26,138 nucleotides of DNA from a candidate division WOR-3 bacterium (GTDB lineage Bacteria; Hydrothermota; Tepidihabitantia; Tepidihabitantales; DTDR01): contig JBDRVN010000018.1 in NCBI GenBank assembly GCA_039801885.1, forward strand, positions 2,961 through 29,098, given 5' to 3'. This document shows, one piece after another, positions 9,265 through 17,257 of this stretch (position 1 is the stretch's first letter; each line of letters begins with the position of its first letter). Under the pieces are notes generated by a model. The model saw only the letters and a list, made by a program, of their open reading frames with translations, was not told where the DNA came from and made no database searches. Made by a program: the position numbers and the translations under genes.

Positions 9265-9293
9265 ATAATAATTAATAAAATTTATTTTTTCAA
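9265..9293 (-). promoter_or_regulatory. sigma70-like promoter TTGAAA-17-TATTAT for mgtE
   Basis: Hexamers with a 17-nt spacer. The -10 ends 8 nt before ATG 9256 and there is no SD. Confidence 0.5.
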
Positions 9294-9319
9294 TTTATTA
9301 TAATTTAATTTTTTAGTCT

Positions 9320-10498
9320 CTACAAGCCAATATCGGCTGGTGCCCGGCCAAGTTCGTGAAGAAGATTAATTATTTCCTTTATTTTTTTGTTGGCATCTTC
9401 ACCAACGCCATCCCGATTTGGATAGATTTCGTATAAGGTCGCATAACCTTTTGGTGTCAAATTAATCATTAAAGAGTTAGCACCGGCTAACAAACCTTTT
9501 CTTAAACCATCTTTTTTATCTAATGTCTGCATTGCGGTGGTAACAAGAATTTTACTATTGGGATAAAGAATTCTTGCTTGGGCAATAGTATCTAAAATCT
9601 TTTCCATCGGTGGTGGGAAGGAATCTTTTAAAGGTGTATCCGGATGAGGAATAAAAGGACCGAAAGAAAACATTTCGGCACAAAGTTCATTAGTTAAAGC
9701 AAGATTGTTTAAAATATCTTCTTCTTCCTCGCCGGGTAAACCGATTAGAAAACCGGTCATTATCAAATAACCGATATTTTTTAACTCTTTGATTAAATTA
9801 ATCCTATCCTCCAATTTCTTACCCGGTCGCATCTTTTCATAAACTTTTCTATTACCGGTTTCAAATCTCAAAAGTACTCCGCGGGCACCCAACTTATAAA
9901 CTCTCTCAAAAATTTCAAGCTCTCGCTCACCGATGCTTAATATTAGCAAGCAAGGGCTTTCTTCCATTATTCTTTTTACAATATAAGACAATTTATCTAT
10001 ATCATAATATAAATCTTCACCCGATTGAAAAACCAGAGCCTTAAAATTTAATCTTTTTATGGCATAAAAGGCTAAATTTATTATCTCATCGGGGTCCATT
10101 CGATACCTTTTCAATTTTTTATTATCTTTTCTTAAACCACAATAAAGACAATTATTTTGACAGTAGTTGGAAAATTCAATTATTCCGTGAATGCAACAGG
10201 AATTATCGTGGTATTCCTGACGAATTCTATTGGCAATCTTATATAAATCTTTAGAAGGATAGATAACCCTTAAATCAATCTCTTTTAATTGATGAAAAAA
10301 TTCTTCCCACACTTTTAATGTCTCCCTTGCTTCTTCTTCGGGAATTTTTTGGATAACAAAACCACCTTGGGCATAAACATAATCACCAATCTTTAAATCA
10401 TAAAAATCGTTTCTTACTTTCTTGACAATGCCAAAATATTCAATCTTACAGATATTATTATTTATCTCAATAACCTTTCCGGGAATCGCATAACACAT
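9320..10498 (-). CDS. HypC/HupF domain fused to a HydE-like radical SAM protein
   Basis: Residues ~1-68 MCYAIPGKVIEI...IEYFG..KKV...LKIGDYVYAQGGFVIQKI.EEEARETL match the HypC pattern. The remainder has GIIEFSNYCQNNCLYCGLR, VFQSGED, LSIGE, LLRFET, GFLIGLPG, GPFIPHPDTPL, TTAM, AGAN..M.N and YEIYP as in HydE. Confidence 0.88.
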   Translation of the reverse strand: MCYAIPGKVIEINNNICKIEYFGIVKKVRNDFYDLKIGDYVYAQGGFVIQKIPEEEARETLKVWEEFFHQLKEIDLRVIYPSKDLYKIANRIRQEYHDNSCCIHGIIEFSNYCQNNCLYCGLRKDNKKLKRYRMDPDEIINLAFYAIKRLNFKALVFQSGEDLYYDIDKLSYIVKRIMEESPCLLILSIGERELEIFERVYKLGARGVLLRFETGNRKVYEKMRPGKKLEDRINLIKELKNIGYLIMTGFLIGLPGEEEEDILNNLALTNELCAEMFSFGPFIPHPDTPLKDSFPPPMEKILDTIAQARILYPNSKILVTTAMQTLDKKDGLRKGLLAGANSLMINLTPKGYATLYEIYPNRDGVGEDANKKIKEIINLLHELGRAPADIGL

Positions 10499-10510
10499 AT
10501 TTAAAATCTT

Positions 10511-11899
10511 TCAGAAATATAAATCCCTTTCTCCGTTCTTTATTTTTTCTATTCTTTTTATTGTCTCTTTTCTTATATTCTCGTTATCAATTTGATTGAG
10601 ATAATATTCAATTACTTCGTATCCTTTTTCATATATCTCTTTCTTACCATTAGTTTTAGCAAAATCTTCTAAATATTCAACGAAAGTTAGGATTCCGTTT
10701 GGACGACAAAACTTTTGAATCTCACCTGGTTTGGCGAGATCCATAAAGTCCTCACCAGTTCTTCCAACCCGATAACAAGCAGTACAGAAACTGGGAATTA
10801 ATTTATCTTTTAAAATATCATTAATAACCTCTTCTAAATTTCTTAAATCATAAATTTCAAATTGGGCTTCTTCTTTAGAAAAACTTTTATAACCACCAGG
10901 TGAAGTTTTTGAGCCAGCCGAGGTCTGAGATATTCCCAATTTAAAAGCAAGCTTTCTTATTTCTGGTCTTTCTCTTGTTGACAAAATCATTCCAGTATAA
11001 GGAACCGCTACTCTTAAAATCGCAATAATCTTTAAAAAATCTTTATCAGAAACCAAATATTCCGGTTGATAAGTTACTGTGGGAGCATTTCTAAACCTGG
11101 GAACAGAAATTGTGTGGGGACCGACACCTAAATATTTATCCATAAATTGTGCGTGGGAAACCAAAGAGATCACTTCAAATCGCCAGTCATAAAGTCCAAA
11201 AAGAACGCCAATTCCTAAATCATCAATACCCGCTTCAAAGGCTCTAATATGAGCAGTAATCTGTCTTTCATAATCATCCTTTGGTCCTTTATGTAATTTC
11301 TTATAAGTTTCATAATGATAGGTTTCTTGAAATAATTGATAAGTGCCAATTTTGGACTCTTTTAATTTCTTATAATTCTCCTTTGTTGTTGCCGAAATGT
11401 TAACATTTATTCTTCTAATATTTCCCTTTTCAGTTTTCACTGAATAAATTGTTTCAATTGCGGAAACGACATAATCAATTGGATTATTCACTGGGTCTTC
11501 ACCACATTCCAATAGTATTCTTTTATGACCCATCTCAATTATTCTTTTTGTCTCTTCTTTTATCTCATCTAAATTTAACTTTCTTCTTTTCATTGGATTT
11601 CTAATATGGAAATTACAATACTCACAATCATTAACACAGAAATCAGAAATATATAAAGGAGCAAAAAAGACCAATCTTTCACCATAAATCTCTTCTTTTA
11701 TCTTTCCGGCAATCTTAAAAAGTTCATCAATAAGTTCTTTATCTTTCAAATTGGTTAAATAACCCACCTCTTCTAAGGAGAGCCCTTTCTTCTCTTTTGC
11801 CTTATCGAAGATTAATTCAATAGTTTTCTTATCGGGATTTTTCGTATTCTCTAAAATTTCAAAAATTTTTTCTTCGTTACAAATTTCAATAATTTTCAT
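10511..11899 (-). CDS. hydG: [FeFe]-hydrogenase H-cluster radical SAM maturase HydG
   Basis: FAPLYISDFCVNDCEYC, YQLFQETY, GVGPHTISVPR (dangler-Fe His) and C-terminal CTAC-x22-C auxiliary cluster motif, which ThiH lacks. Ends GERDLYF. Confidence 0.93.
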   Translation of the reverse strand: MKIIEICNEEKIFEILENTKNPDKKTIELIFDKAKEKKGLSLEEVGYLTNLKDKELIDELFKIAGKIKEEIYGERLVFFAPLYISDFCVNDCEYCNFHIRNPMKRRKLNLDEIKEETKRIIEMGHKRILLECGEDPVNNPIDYVVSAIETIYSVKTEKGNIRRINVNISATTKENYKKLKESKIGTYQLFQETYHYETYKKLHKGPKDDYERQITAHIRAFEAGIDDLGIGVLFGLYDWRFEVISLVSHAQFMDKYLGVGPHTISVPRFRNAPTVTYQPEYLVSDKDFLKIIAILRVAVPYTGMILSTRERPEIRKLAFKLGISQTSAGSKTSPGGYKSFSKEEAQFEIYDLRNLEEVINDILKDKLIPSFCTACYRVGRTGEDFMDLAKPGEIQKFCRPNGILTFVEYLEDFAKTNGKKEIYEKGYEVIEYYLNQIDNENIRKETIKRIEKIKNGERDLYF

Positions 11900-11907
11900 T
11901 AACTTAA

Positions 11908-11936
11908 ATTATAATCCCTATTTATTATAAAATCAA
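11908..11936 (-). promoter_or_regulatory. sigma70 promoter TTGATT-17-TATAAT for the hydG operon
   Basis: Consensus -10 ends 8 nt before ATG 11899 and there is no SD. Confidence 0.6.
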
Positions 11937-11985
11937 TAATATTTCTATTTATTGCGAAAAAGATAAAAATTGGCAAAATTAATAA

Positions 11986-12525
11986 GTGAAGAGGATTTTA
12001 GATAAAATTTATTGGCTGTTTAATATAATCTTTTTAAAGAAATATGAAGGCTATTTGGATATAGAGACAACAAATTTGGAAACAGAAAAAGGCGAAATAA
12101 CGGTAATTGGTTTTGGTATTGATAAAGGTAAAAAATTTGAATTTATCCAACTTATTAATAATGAGATAACTACTGATAAACTAATTAAAATTATAAAGAA
12201 AATAAAAATCCTTTATACTTATAACGGCACAGATTTTGATTTAAAATTTATCAAAAAGAAACTTAATATTGATATAGAAAAATATTGTATCCACAAAGAC
12301 CTAATGAATGAATGTCATCAGAGAAACCTGTATGGTGGTTTAAAACAGGTAGAAAAGAAATTAGGTATTGAAAGGAAACTAAAAGATATAAATGGGTTTG
12401 CTGCGGTGAAACTATGGGAAAGATATAAAAATCTTGGTGATAAAAAGGCGTTAGAAACTTTATTAGAATATAATCGGGAAGATGTACTTAATTTAAAAAT
12501 TTTAAAAGAAAAATTGGAGATTTGA
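11986..12525 (+). CDS. RNase H-like (RNase_H_2/YprB-type, DEDD-like) exonuclease
   Basis: YLDIETT, TYNG.DFDL, H.DL, GGLK.VEK.LGI.R and LLEYNREDV.NL motifs. Confidence 0.85.
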   Translation: MKRILDKIYWLFNIIFLKKYEGYLDIETTNLETEKGEITVIGFGIDKGKKFEFIQLINNEITTDKLIKIIKKIKILYTYNGTDFDLKFIKKKLNIDIEKYCIHKDLMNECHQRNLYGGLKQVEKKLGIERKLKDINGFAAVKLWERYKNLGDKKALETLLEYNREDVLNLKILKEKLEI

Positions 12526-12526
12526 T

Positions 12527-13849
12527 TTGTTAAGAAAAGATTTTTTCTTATTTCTCCTTTTTATATTAATCCGCTTTATCTTTTTCCTTCCTTTATTATC
12601 TAATGAAAGGGCAGTATTAGAAGCAATAAGTGATGCGAAAGAGTATTACAAACTTGCCCAAAATCTTACTTTATCTTTTAATTATGAAAGGGAAGGAAAT
12701 TTTGATACAAAAAGACCGCCCCTTTTTCCCTTTTTATTATCCTTCTTTTATCTTATTATTCCGAAACCTTATATTGGTTTTATCTTCTATCTTATCTTAT
12801 CAATAATTTTCTTATTAATCCTAAAAAAATATTGCGATAAAGAAAGTTTTTATCTCTTTGCCCTTTTCTTTATCTTATCACCCCAGATAAATTTTTATTC
12901 CCTTTTTCCAATTACCGATTTATTTTTTGGAATTATTCTTTTTTTGGGTTATTTCTTCTTAAAGAATAATAAAAATACCATCTCACTAATATTATTTTCC
13001 CTTCTGTCTTATATCAAACCGGTTGGTCTTCTCTTGCCACCTTTTTTAGCAATTCATCGCCTTATCAAAAAGAGAGCCAAAAAAGCCTTACTTTTTCTTT
13101 TCATTCCCTATCTTTCTACTCTTCCTTGGTCCTTTCTCATTTATAAAAAGATAAACTACTTTACTTTTTCTACTTTACCTTATATCAATTTCTTTTCTTA
13201 TTATCTACCTGTTGCTAAATCTTTAAAAGAGAGAATAAGTTATCAAAAGGCAAGGGAGCTAATGAATAGAGATTTAGAAGAGAAGTTAAAAGATAACTAT
13301 ACCAAAAAGGAGTATTGGCAGGCAATTAGAGATATATCTTTAAAAGAACTAAAAAAAGCACCCTTACATTTGCTCTCTTCTCATATCCTCTTTTCTTTTA
13401 ACACCTTAATCTCGCCCATCTCTTTTAAACCTTTATTAATCTATTTAAATAAAGAGATAGAAAAACCTATCCAACAGGAAGTCTTCTCTTCTATTTTAAA
13501 AGGGAAGATAATAGAAGGGATAAAAACTTTTCTTTTCGAACGGTTGATAAAAATTGGCTTTTTTGGTATTTTTCTTCTAATATATTCATCTATCTTCTTA
13601 ATTTTTCTTCTAATTTACTTTGTGAAAATAGTTATAAAAGATAAACCTTTATTAGAGTTATTAATTATATTACCTTTAATATTTTCCACTGGTGTTGTTG
13701 CTGAAGCAAGATATCGGCTCTTATTTGAAATTATCATCTATTTTTTAGTTGCCCAATTTATAATAACTTTCTTAAATCACCGAAGAGCAAACCAACAAAT
13801 AAATGATTTAGAAGGCAAAGGTATAGGGGGAGGGGGTATATACTTATAA
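12527..13849 (+). CDS. Polytopic membrane protein, GT-C/ArnT-like glycosyltransferase
   Basis: First TM followed by SDA.EY..LA.NL and RPPLFP, many TM segments, late ARYRL motif. The last ~25 residues look non-native. Confidence 0.65.
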   Translation: MLRKDFFLFLLFILIRFIFFLPLLSNERAVLEAISDAKEYYKLAQNLTLSFNYEREGNFDTKRPPLFPFLLSFFYLIIPKPYIGFIFYLILSIIFLLILKKYCDKESFYLFALFFILSPQINFYSLFPITDLFFGIILFLGYFFLKNNKNTISLILFSLLSYIKPVGLLLPPFLAIHRLIKKRAKKALLFLFIPYLSTLPWSFLIYKKINYFTFSTLPYINFFSYYLPVAKSLKERISYQKARELMNRDLEEKLKDNYTKKEYWQAIRDISLKELKKAPLHLLSSHILFSFNTLISPISFKPLLIYLNKEIEKPIQQEVFSSILKGKIIEGIKTFLFERLIKIGFFGIFLLIYSSIFLIFLLIYFVKIVIKDKPLLELLIILPLIFSTGVVAEARYRLLFEIIIYFLVAQFIITFLNHRRANQQINDLEGKGIGGGGIYL

Positions 13850-13894
13850 GTTCTTATGAATCAAAGACTTATATAGGTATAGGGATATCCCTAT
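13798..13894. promoter_or_regulatory. Cluster of two IHF-like sites and palindromes
   Basis: AATAAATGATTTA at 13798-13810 (1 mismatch), AATCAAAGACTTA at 13859-13871 (exact WATCAANNNNTTR) and a perfect 16-bp palindrome ATAGGGATATCCCTAT at 13879-13894. Confidence 0.5.
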
Positions 13895-13944
13895 GACTAT
13901 CTACTATGCCATCCACTAATTAATCCTTTATTTTCTTACAGATA

Positions 13945-14161
13945 TTAGTTGAAAAATCTTTTAGTAAATTTGGGCAAAAATTTCTTTAATGGCGAAGAGA
14001 GAAAAAAATAAATCTCTTTATCAAAAATTATCTCCCTCTTTAAAATCAGCAAGTTTTTTATCAATATTATTATAAATAAAAGTCTGTAATAAATAGTTAT
14101 AATGAATGGGCAATACAATTCTCTCTTCTTGGGAATTTACTAACAAAATTTTAATCCTTAT
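13945..14161 (-). pseudogene. cas6: cas6 remnant (CRISPR-associated endoribonuclease N-terminus; start lost, internal deletion and frameshift, truncated)
   Basis: Manual translation: (ATA)RIKILLVNSQEERIVLPIHYNYLLQTFIYNNIDKKLADF, then in another frame KREIIFDKEIYFFLSSPLKKFLPKF. These match the Cas6 LPxxYNxxLQxFIY...LAxF and F.F.ISSP segments. Confidence 0.75.
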
Positions 14162-14172
14162 ACAAGGTTATA

Positions 14173-15411
14173 TTATTCGTATCTCAATGCCTCGATGGGA
14201 TTGAGTTTGGCAGCACGGGTGGCAGGATAGATGCCAAAAAAGATACCAACACAAATGGGAAATAAAACACCAATAATCACTACCCACAAAGGAACGGCTG
14301 ATTCTAACGGTGTTAAAGCAGCAATAATTTTGGCACTACTAATCCCTAAAATTAAACCAATTAAACCACCTAAAAAGGATAAAAAGCAGGCTTCTAATAA
14401 AAATTGTAATAATATATCCCGATTAGAAGCACCAACCGCCTTTCTTAAACCAATCTCTCTTGTCCTTTCAGTTACCGCAACGAGCATTATGTTCATAATT
14501 CCAATGCCACCAACAATTAATGAGATTGCTGCTACAGCAATCATCACAATAAAAGCAACATTGGTTATATTTCTATATATCTCTCTTAATGTCTGTTGGG
14601 TATTAATACCAAAATCATCAGGTTTGTCAAACCCTAATCTCCTTCTTCTTCGCAAAACCTCTCTTATCTCATCAATTGTTCTCTCTAAATTCTTACCATC
14701 CTTGGGCAAAATCTGGAAGGAAAGACCACGCCAAAGCCTTTGGAAACCAGTAGGTTTAGGAAATACTTCATCAAAGGTGGTCAAGGGAATGATGATAATA
14801 TTATCTTGGGTTTGCCCCATAAAACTTCCTTTCGGTTCTAAAACACCAACAATAAGAAATTGTTTGCCACCAAGATTGATTGTTTTAAAAAGAGGATCGG
14901 TATTGGGAAATAAATTCTCCACAATATAAGAACCAATCACACAGACCTTTCTTCTTCTTTTGAAATCATCTTCGTTGATAAACCGACCATTGGTTACAGT
15001 ATAATTAGAGGTATATTGTAAATTTTCATCGGAACCAATAACTTCAATATTTCTTGCCTTATTTATTCCGTAAGTAATTGTGCCAACATTATTGGATTTT
15101 GTATAGGAAAGTTTATCAACGGAAGATAATTTCTTTAAGGCTTCGCCATCTTCTATTGTTAAATCCTTTCTTTTGGCAACTTCTTCAAAATCAATCCTGC
15201 CCATTCCCCAGGCAACCTTTTGGACAAAAATTGTATTAGAACCCAAAGAACTTATTTGCTTCTCAACGGTCATATTTAATCCCTGAATCAAAGAAAGAAT
15301 CGCAATAACAGTCGTCACACCAATGATTATTCCTAAGGTGGTTAAAAAAGAACGAAGTCGATGGGTTTTAAAAGTAGATATTGATAATTTTAATATTTCA
15401 ATTAATTTCAT
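14173..15411 (-). CDS. MacB/FtsX-family ABC transporter permease
   Basis: [14 protein letters not shown], periplasmic core, [32 protein letters not shown] and [16 protein letters not shown]. Confidence 0.93.
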   Translation of the reverse strand: MKLIEILKLSISTFKTHRLRSFLTTLGIIIGVTTVIAILSLIQGLNMTVEKQISSLGSNTIFVQKVAWGMGRIDFEEVAKRKDLTIEDGEALKKLSSVDKLSYTKSNNVGTITYGINKARNIEVIGSDENLQYTSNYTVTNGRFINEDDFKRRRKVCVIGSYIVENLFPNTDPLFKTINLGGKQFLIVGVLEPKGSFMGQTQDNIIIIPLTTFDEVFPKPTGFQRLWRGLSFQILPKDGKNLERTIDEIREVLRRRRRLGFDKPDDFGINTQQTLREIYRNITNVAFIVMIAVAAISLIVGGIGIMNIMLVAVTERTREIGLRKAVGASNRDILLQFLLEACFLSFLGGLIGLILGISSAKIIAALTPLESAVPLWVVIIGVLFPICVGIFFGIYPATRAAKLNPIEALRYE

Positions 15412-16088
15412 TTGATTATTTTATCTTCAATTATTATTCCATCGGTTATCCTTATCAATCTTTTTGCGTGGGAAGCAATATTTGGGTCATGGGTAACAAT
15501 GATAATTGTTCTGCCTTCGCTTGCCAATTGGTCAAATATTTTCATTATCTCACCACCACTTTTTGTATCCAAATTACCAGTGGGTTCATCAGCCAAAATT
15601 AAAGATGGGTTATTAACTAATGCCCGAGCAATCGCTACCCTTTGCATTTCGCCACCGGAAAGTTCATTTGGCCTATGAGTTGCCCTTTCTTTCAAACCAA
15701 CTTTTTCTAAAATTTCCATTACCCGTTTTCTTCGCTCCTTTACACTAACTCCAGCATAAATTAAAGGCAATTCCACATTACTAAAAGCGGTCAATCTTGG
15801 TAAGAGATTAAAATTCTGAAAGACAAAACCAATTTCTTTGTTTCTCAATCTTGCCAATTCATTATCACTTAAATTACTTACTTCTTTTTCTTGATAAAAA
15901 TATTTTCCTTCCGTTAAGATATCCAAAAAACCAATAATATTTAAAAGGGTTGATTTACCACTTCCAGATGGACCCATTATGGCGGCATATTCGCCTTTTT
16001 CAATTTCTAAATTAACTCCATTTAAGGCGGGAAAATTTACCTTACCTGTTGAATAAATCTTTTTAACATTGATAAGTTGACAAAGCAT
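15408..16088 (-). CDS. MacB/LolD-family ABC transporter ATP-binding protein
   Basis: Walker A GPSGSGKS, signature [15 protein letters not shown], Walker [12 protein letters not shown] and VTHD. Confidence 0.95.
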   Translation of the reverse strand: MLCQLINVKKIYSTGKVNFPALNGVNLEIEKGEYAAIMGPSGSGKSTLLNIIGFLDILTEGKYFYQEKEVSNLSDNELARLRNKEIGFVFQNFNLLPRLTAFSNVELPLIYAGVSVKERRKRVMEILEKVGLKERATHRPNELSGGEMQRVAIARALVNNPSLILADEPTGNLDTKSGGEIMKIFDQLASEGRTIIIVTHDPNIASHAKRLIRITDGIIIEDKIIK

Positions 16089-17257
16089 TATCGTCTTGCT
16101 CGCACTCTTGGTCTTTGAATAAACCGCATAGTTCTTATTACATCACCAGTATCTCCCTTTTTTCTCTCTGCTCTTTCTTTTCTTTTTGGTTTTACTAAAT
16201 CGCCTTCATTCAATTTTGCTAAAACTGAATAAGGACCAGTAATTATCTCCTCCCCTTCCTTTAAACCTTCAATAACCTCTGCCTCAAACTCGCCATAACT
16301 ACCAACTTTTATTGGTCGCAATTTTGCCCGACCATTTTCAATAACAAAACAAGCATCTACTTCTTTACCACCAACTCTCCTTCTGCCAATTGCTGAAATC
16401 GGTAATACTAAAACACTTTCTTTTTCCGCAGCAATAATTTCACAGTGGACGCTCATACCCGGTCTTAATAAAAAACTGGTATCTTCTAATTCCACTTCCA
16501 CTTCAAAATTAGTTATCTTTTCGGTAGCCGTGGCAGCAGTAGTAATTGGCACATAACCAATTCTTGTTACTTGACCAACAAAAAATGTATCGGGCAAGGC
16601 ATCTAAGGTAATTTTTGCCGGATTGCCAATCTTAATATCAACCACATCCCTTTCGGAAACTTCGATCACTGCCATCATCTTTGATAAATCAGCAATCACC
16701 ATCATTATTGTTCCTAAAGCATTCATTGTGCCAATAATTGCTGTTTCTCCTTCCTCAATATTTAATTTTACTACTGTCCCATTGATTGGTGAACGGATTT
16801 CCGTTTTATTATATTTATCTAAAGCATCTTCATAACTGGCTTTTGCCGCCTCGTATTCAGTTTTTGCCCTTTCGTATTCCTCATCACTGATTAATCTCTT
16901 TTTATATAATGAATCAATTCTTATAAAACTATTTTTTGCCTGTTCATATCTTGCTTTTTGTAATGTTAAATTTGCCTCATAACTTTTTCTTTCTAATAAA
17001 CAAAGCAAATCACCCCTTTTAACTTCTTCGCCTTCTTTGACAAAAATCTTTTCTACCCGACCCATTACTTGGGACTGGATATTTACTTGGGTCTTTGCCT
17101 TTAATTCACCATCACCGCTTACTTGGGAAACAATACTTCCGTATTCCACTCTTGTTACTTCGACTTCCTTTCCTTCTTCCTTTTTTGTTAAATTAAGTAA
17201 AACTATTAAAACAATAAAAACGATAATACCAATTATCAAAAATATTCTTTTCTTCAT
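16088..17257 (-). CDS. MacA-like periplasmic adaptor (membrane fusion protein)
   Basis: N-terminal anchor, lipoyl half-motifs (GRVEKIFVKEGEEVKRGD; IRSPINGTV), LRPGMS and GLKEGEEII. Confidence 0.92.
   Translation of the reverse strand: MKKRIFLIIGIIVFIVLIVLLNLTKKEEGKEVEVTRVEYGSIVSQVSGDGELKAKTQVNIQSQVMGRVEKIFVKEGEEVKRGDLLCLLERKSYEANLTLQKARYEQAKNSFIRIDSLYKKRLISDEEYERAKTEYEAAKASYEDALDKYNKTEIRSPINGTVVKLNIEEGETAIIGTMNALGTIMMVIADLSKMMAVIEVSERDVVDIKIGNPAKITLDALPDTFFVGQVTRIGYVPITTAATATEKITNFEVEVELEDTSFLLRPGMSVHCEIIAAEKESVLVLPISAIGRRRVGGKEVDACFVIENGRAKLRPIKVGSYGEFEAEVIEGLKEGEEIITGPYSVLAKLNEGDLVKPKRKERAERKKGDTGDVIRTMRFIQRPRVRARR

Noticed and set aside
9257-9319. M-box (Mg2+) riboswitch upstream of mgtE
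   Set aside because: Only ~60 bp of almost pure AT sequence, with no room or structure for one.
9320-10290. BioB or PylB assignment for the radical SAM domain
   Set aside because: Motifs fit HydE better and it is paired with hydG. No bio or pyl genes are nearby. Not fully excluded without a tree.
10511-11899. ThiH (thiazole biosynthesis) assignment
   Set aside because: The C-terminal CxxC-x22-C extension, the GPHTISVPR His and the HydE-like neighbour indicate HydG. No thi genes are adjacent.
11986-12525. Nuclease as a Cas4 or defence gene linked to the cas6 relic
   Set aside because: It has RNase H-like DEDD motifs, not the Cas4 RecB/Fe-S motifs, and is separated from cas6 by an unrelated membrane gene on the opposite strand.
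13790-14172. CRISPR array near the cas6 relic
   Set aside because: No regularly spaced 25-40 bp repeats were found here or elsewhere in the window.
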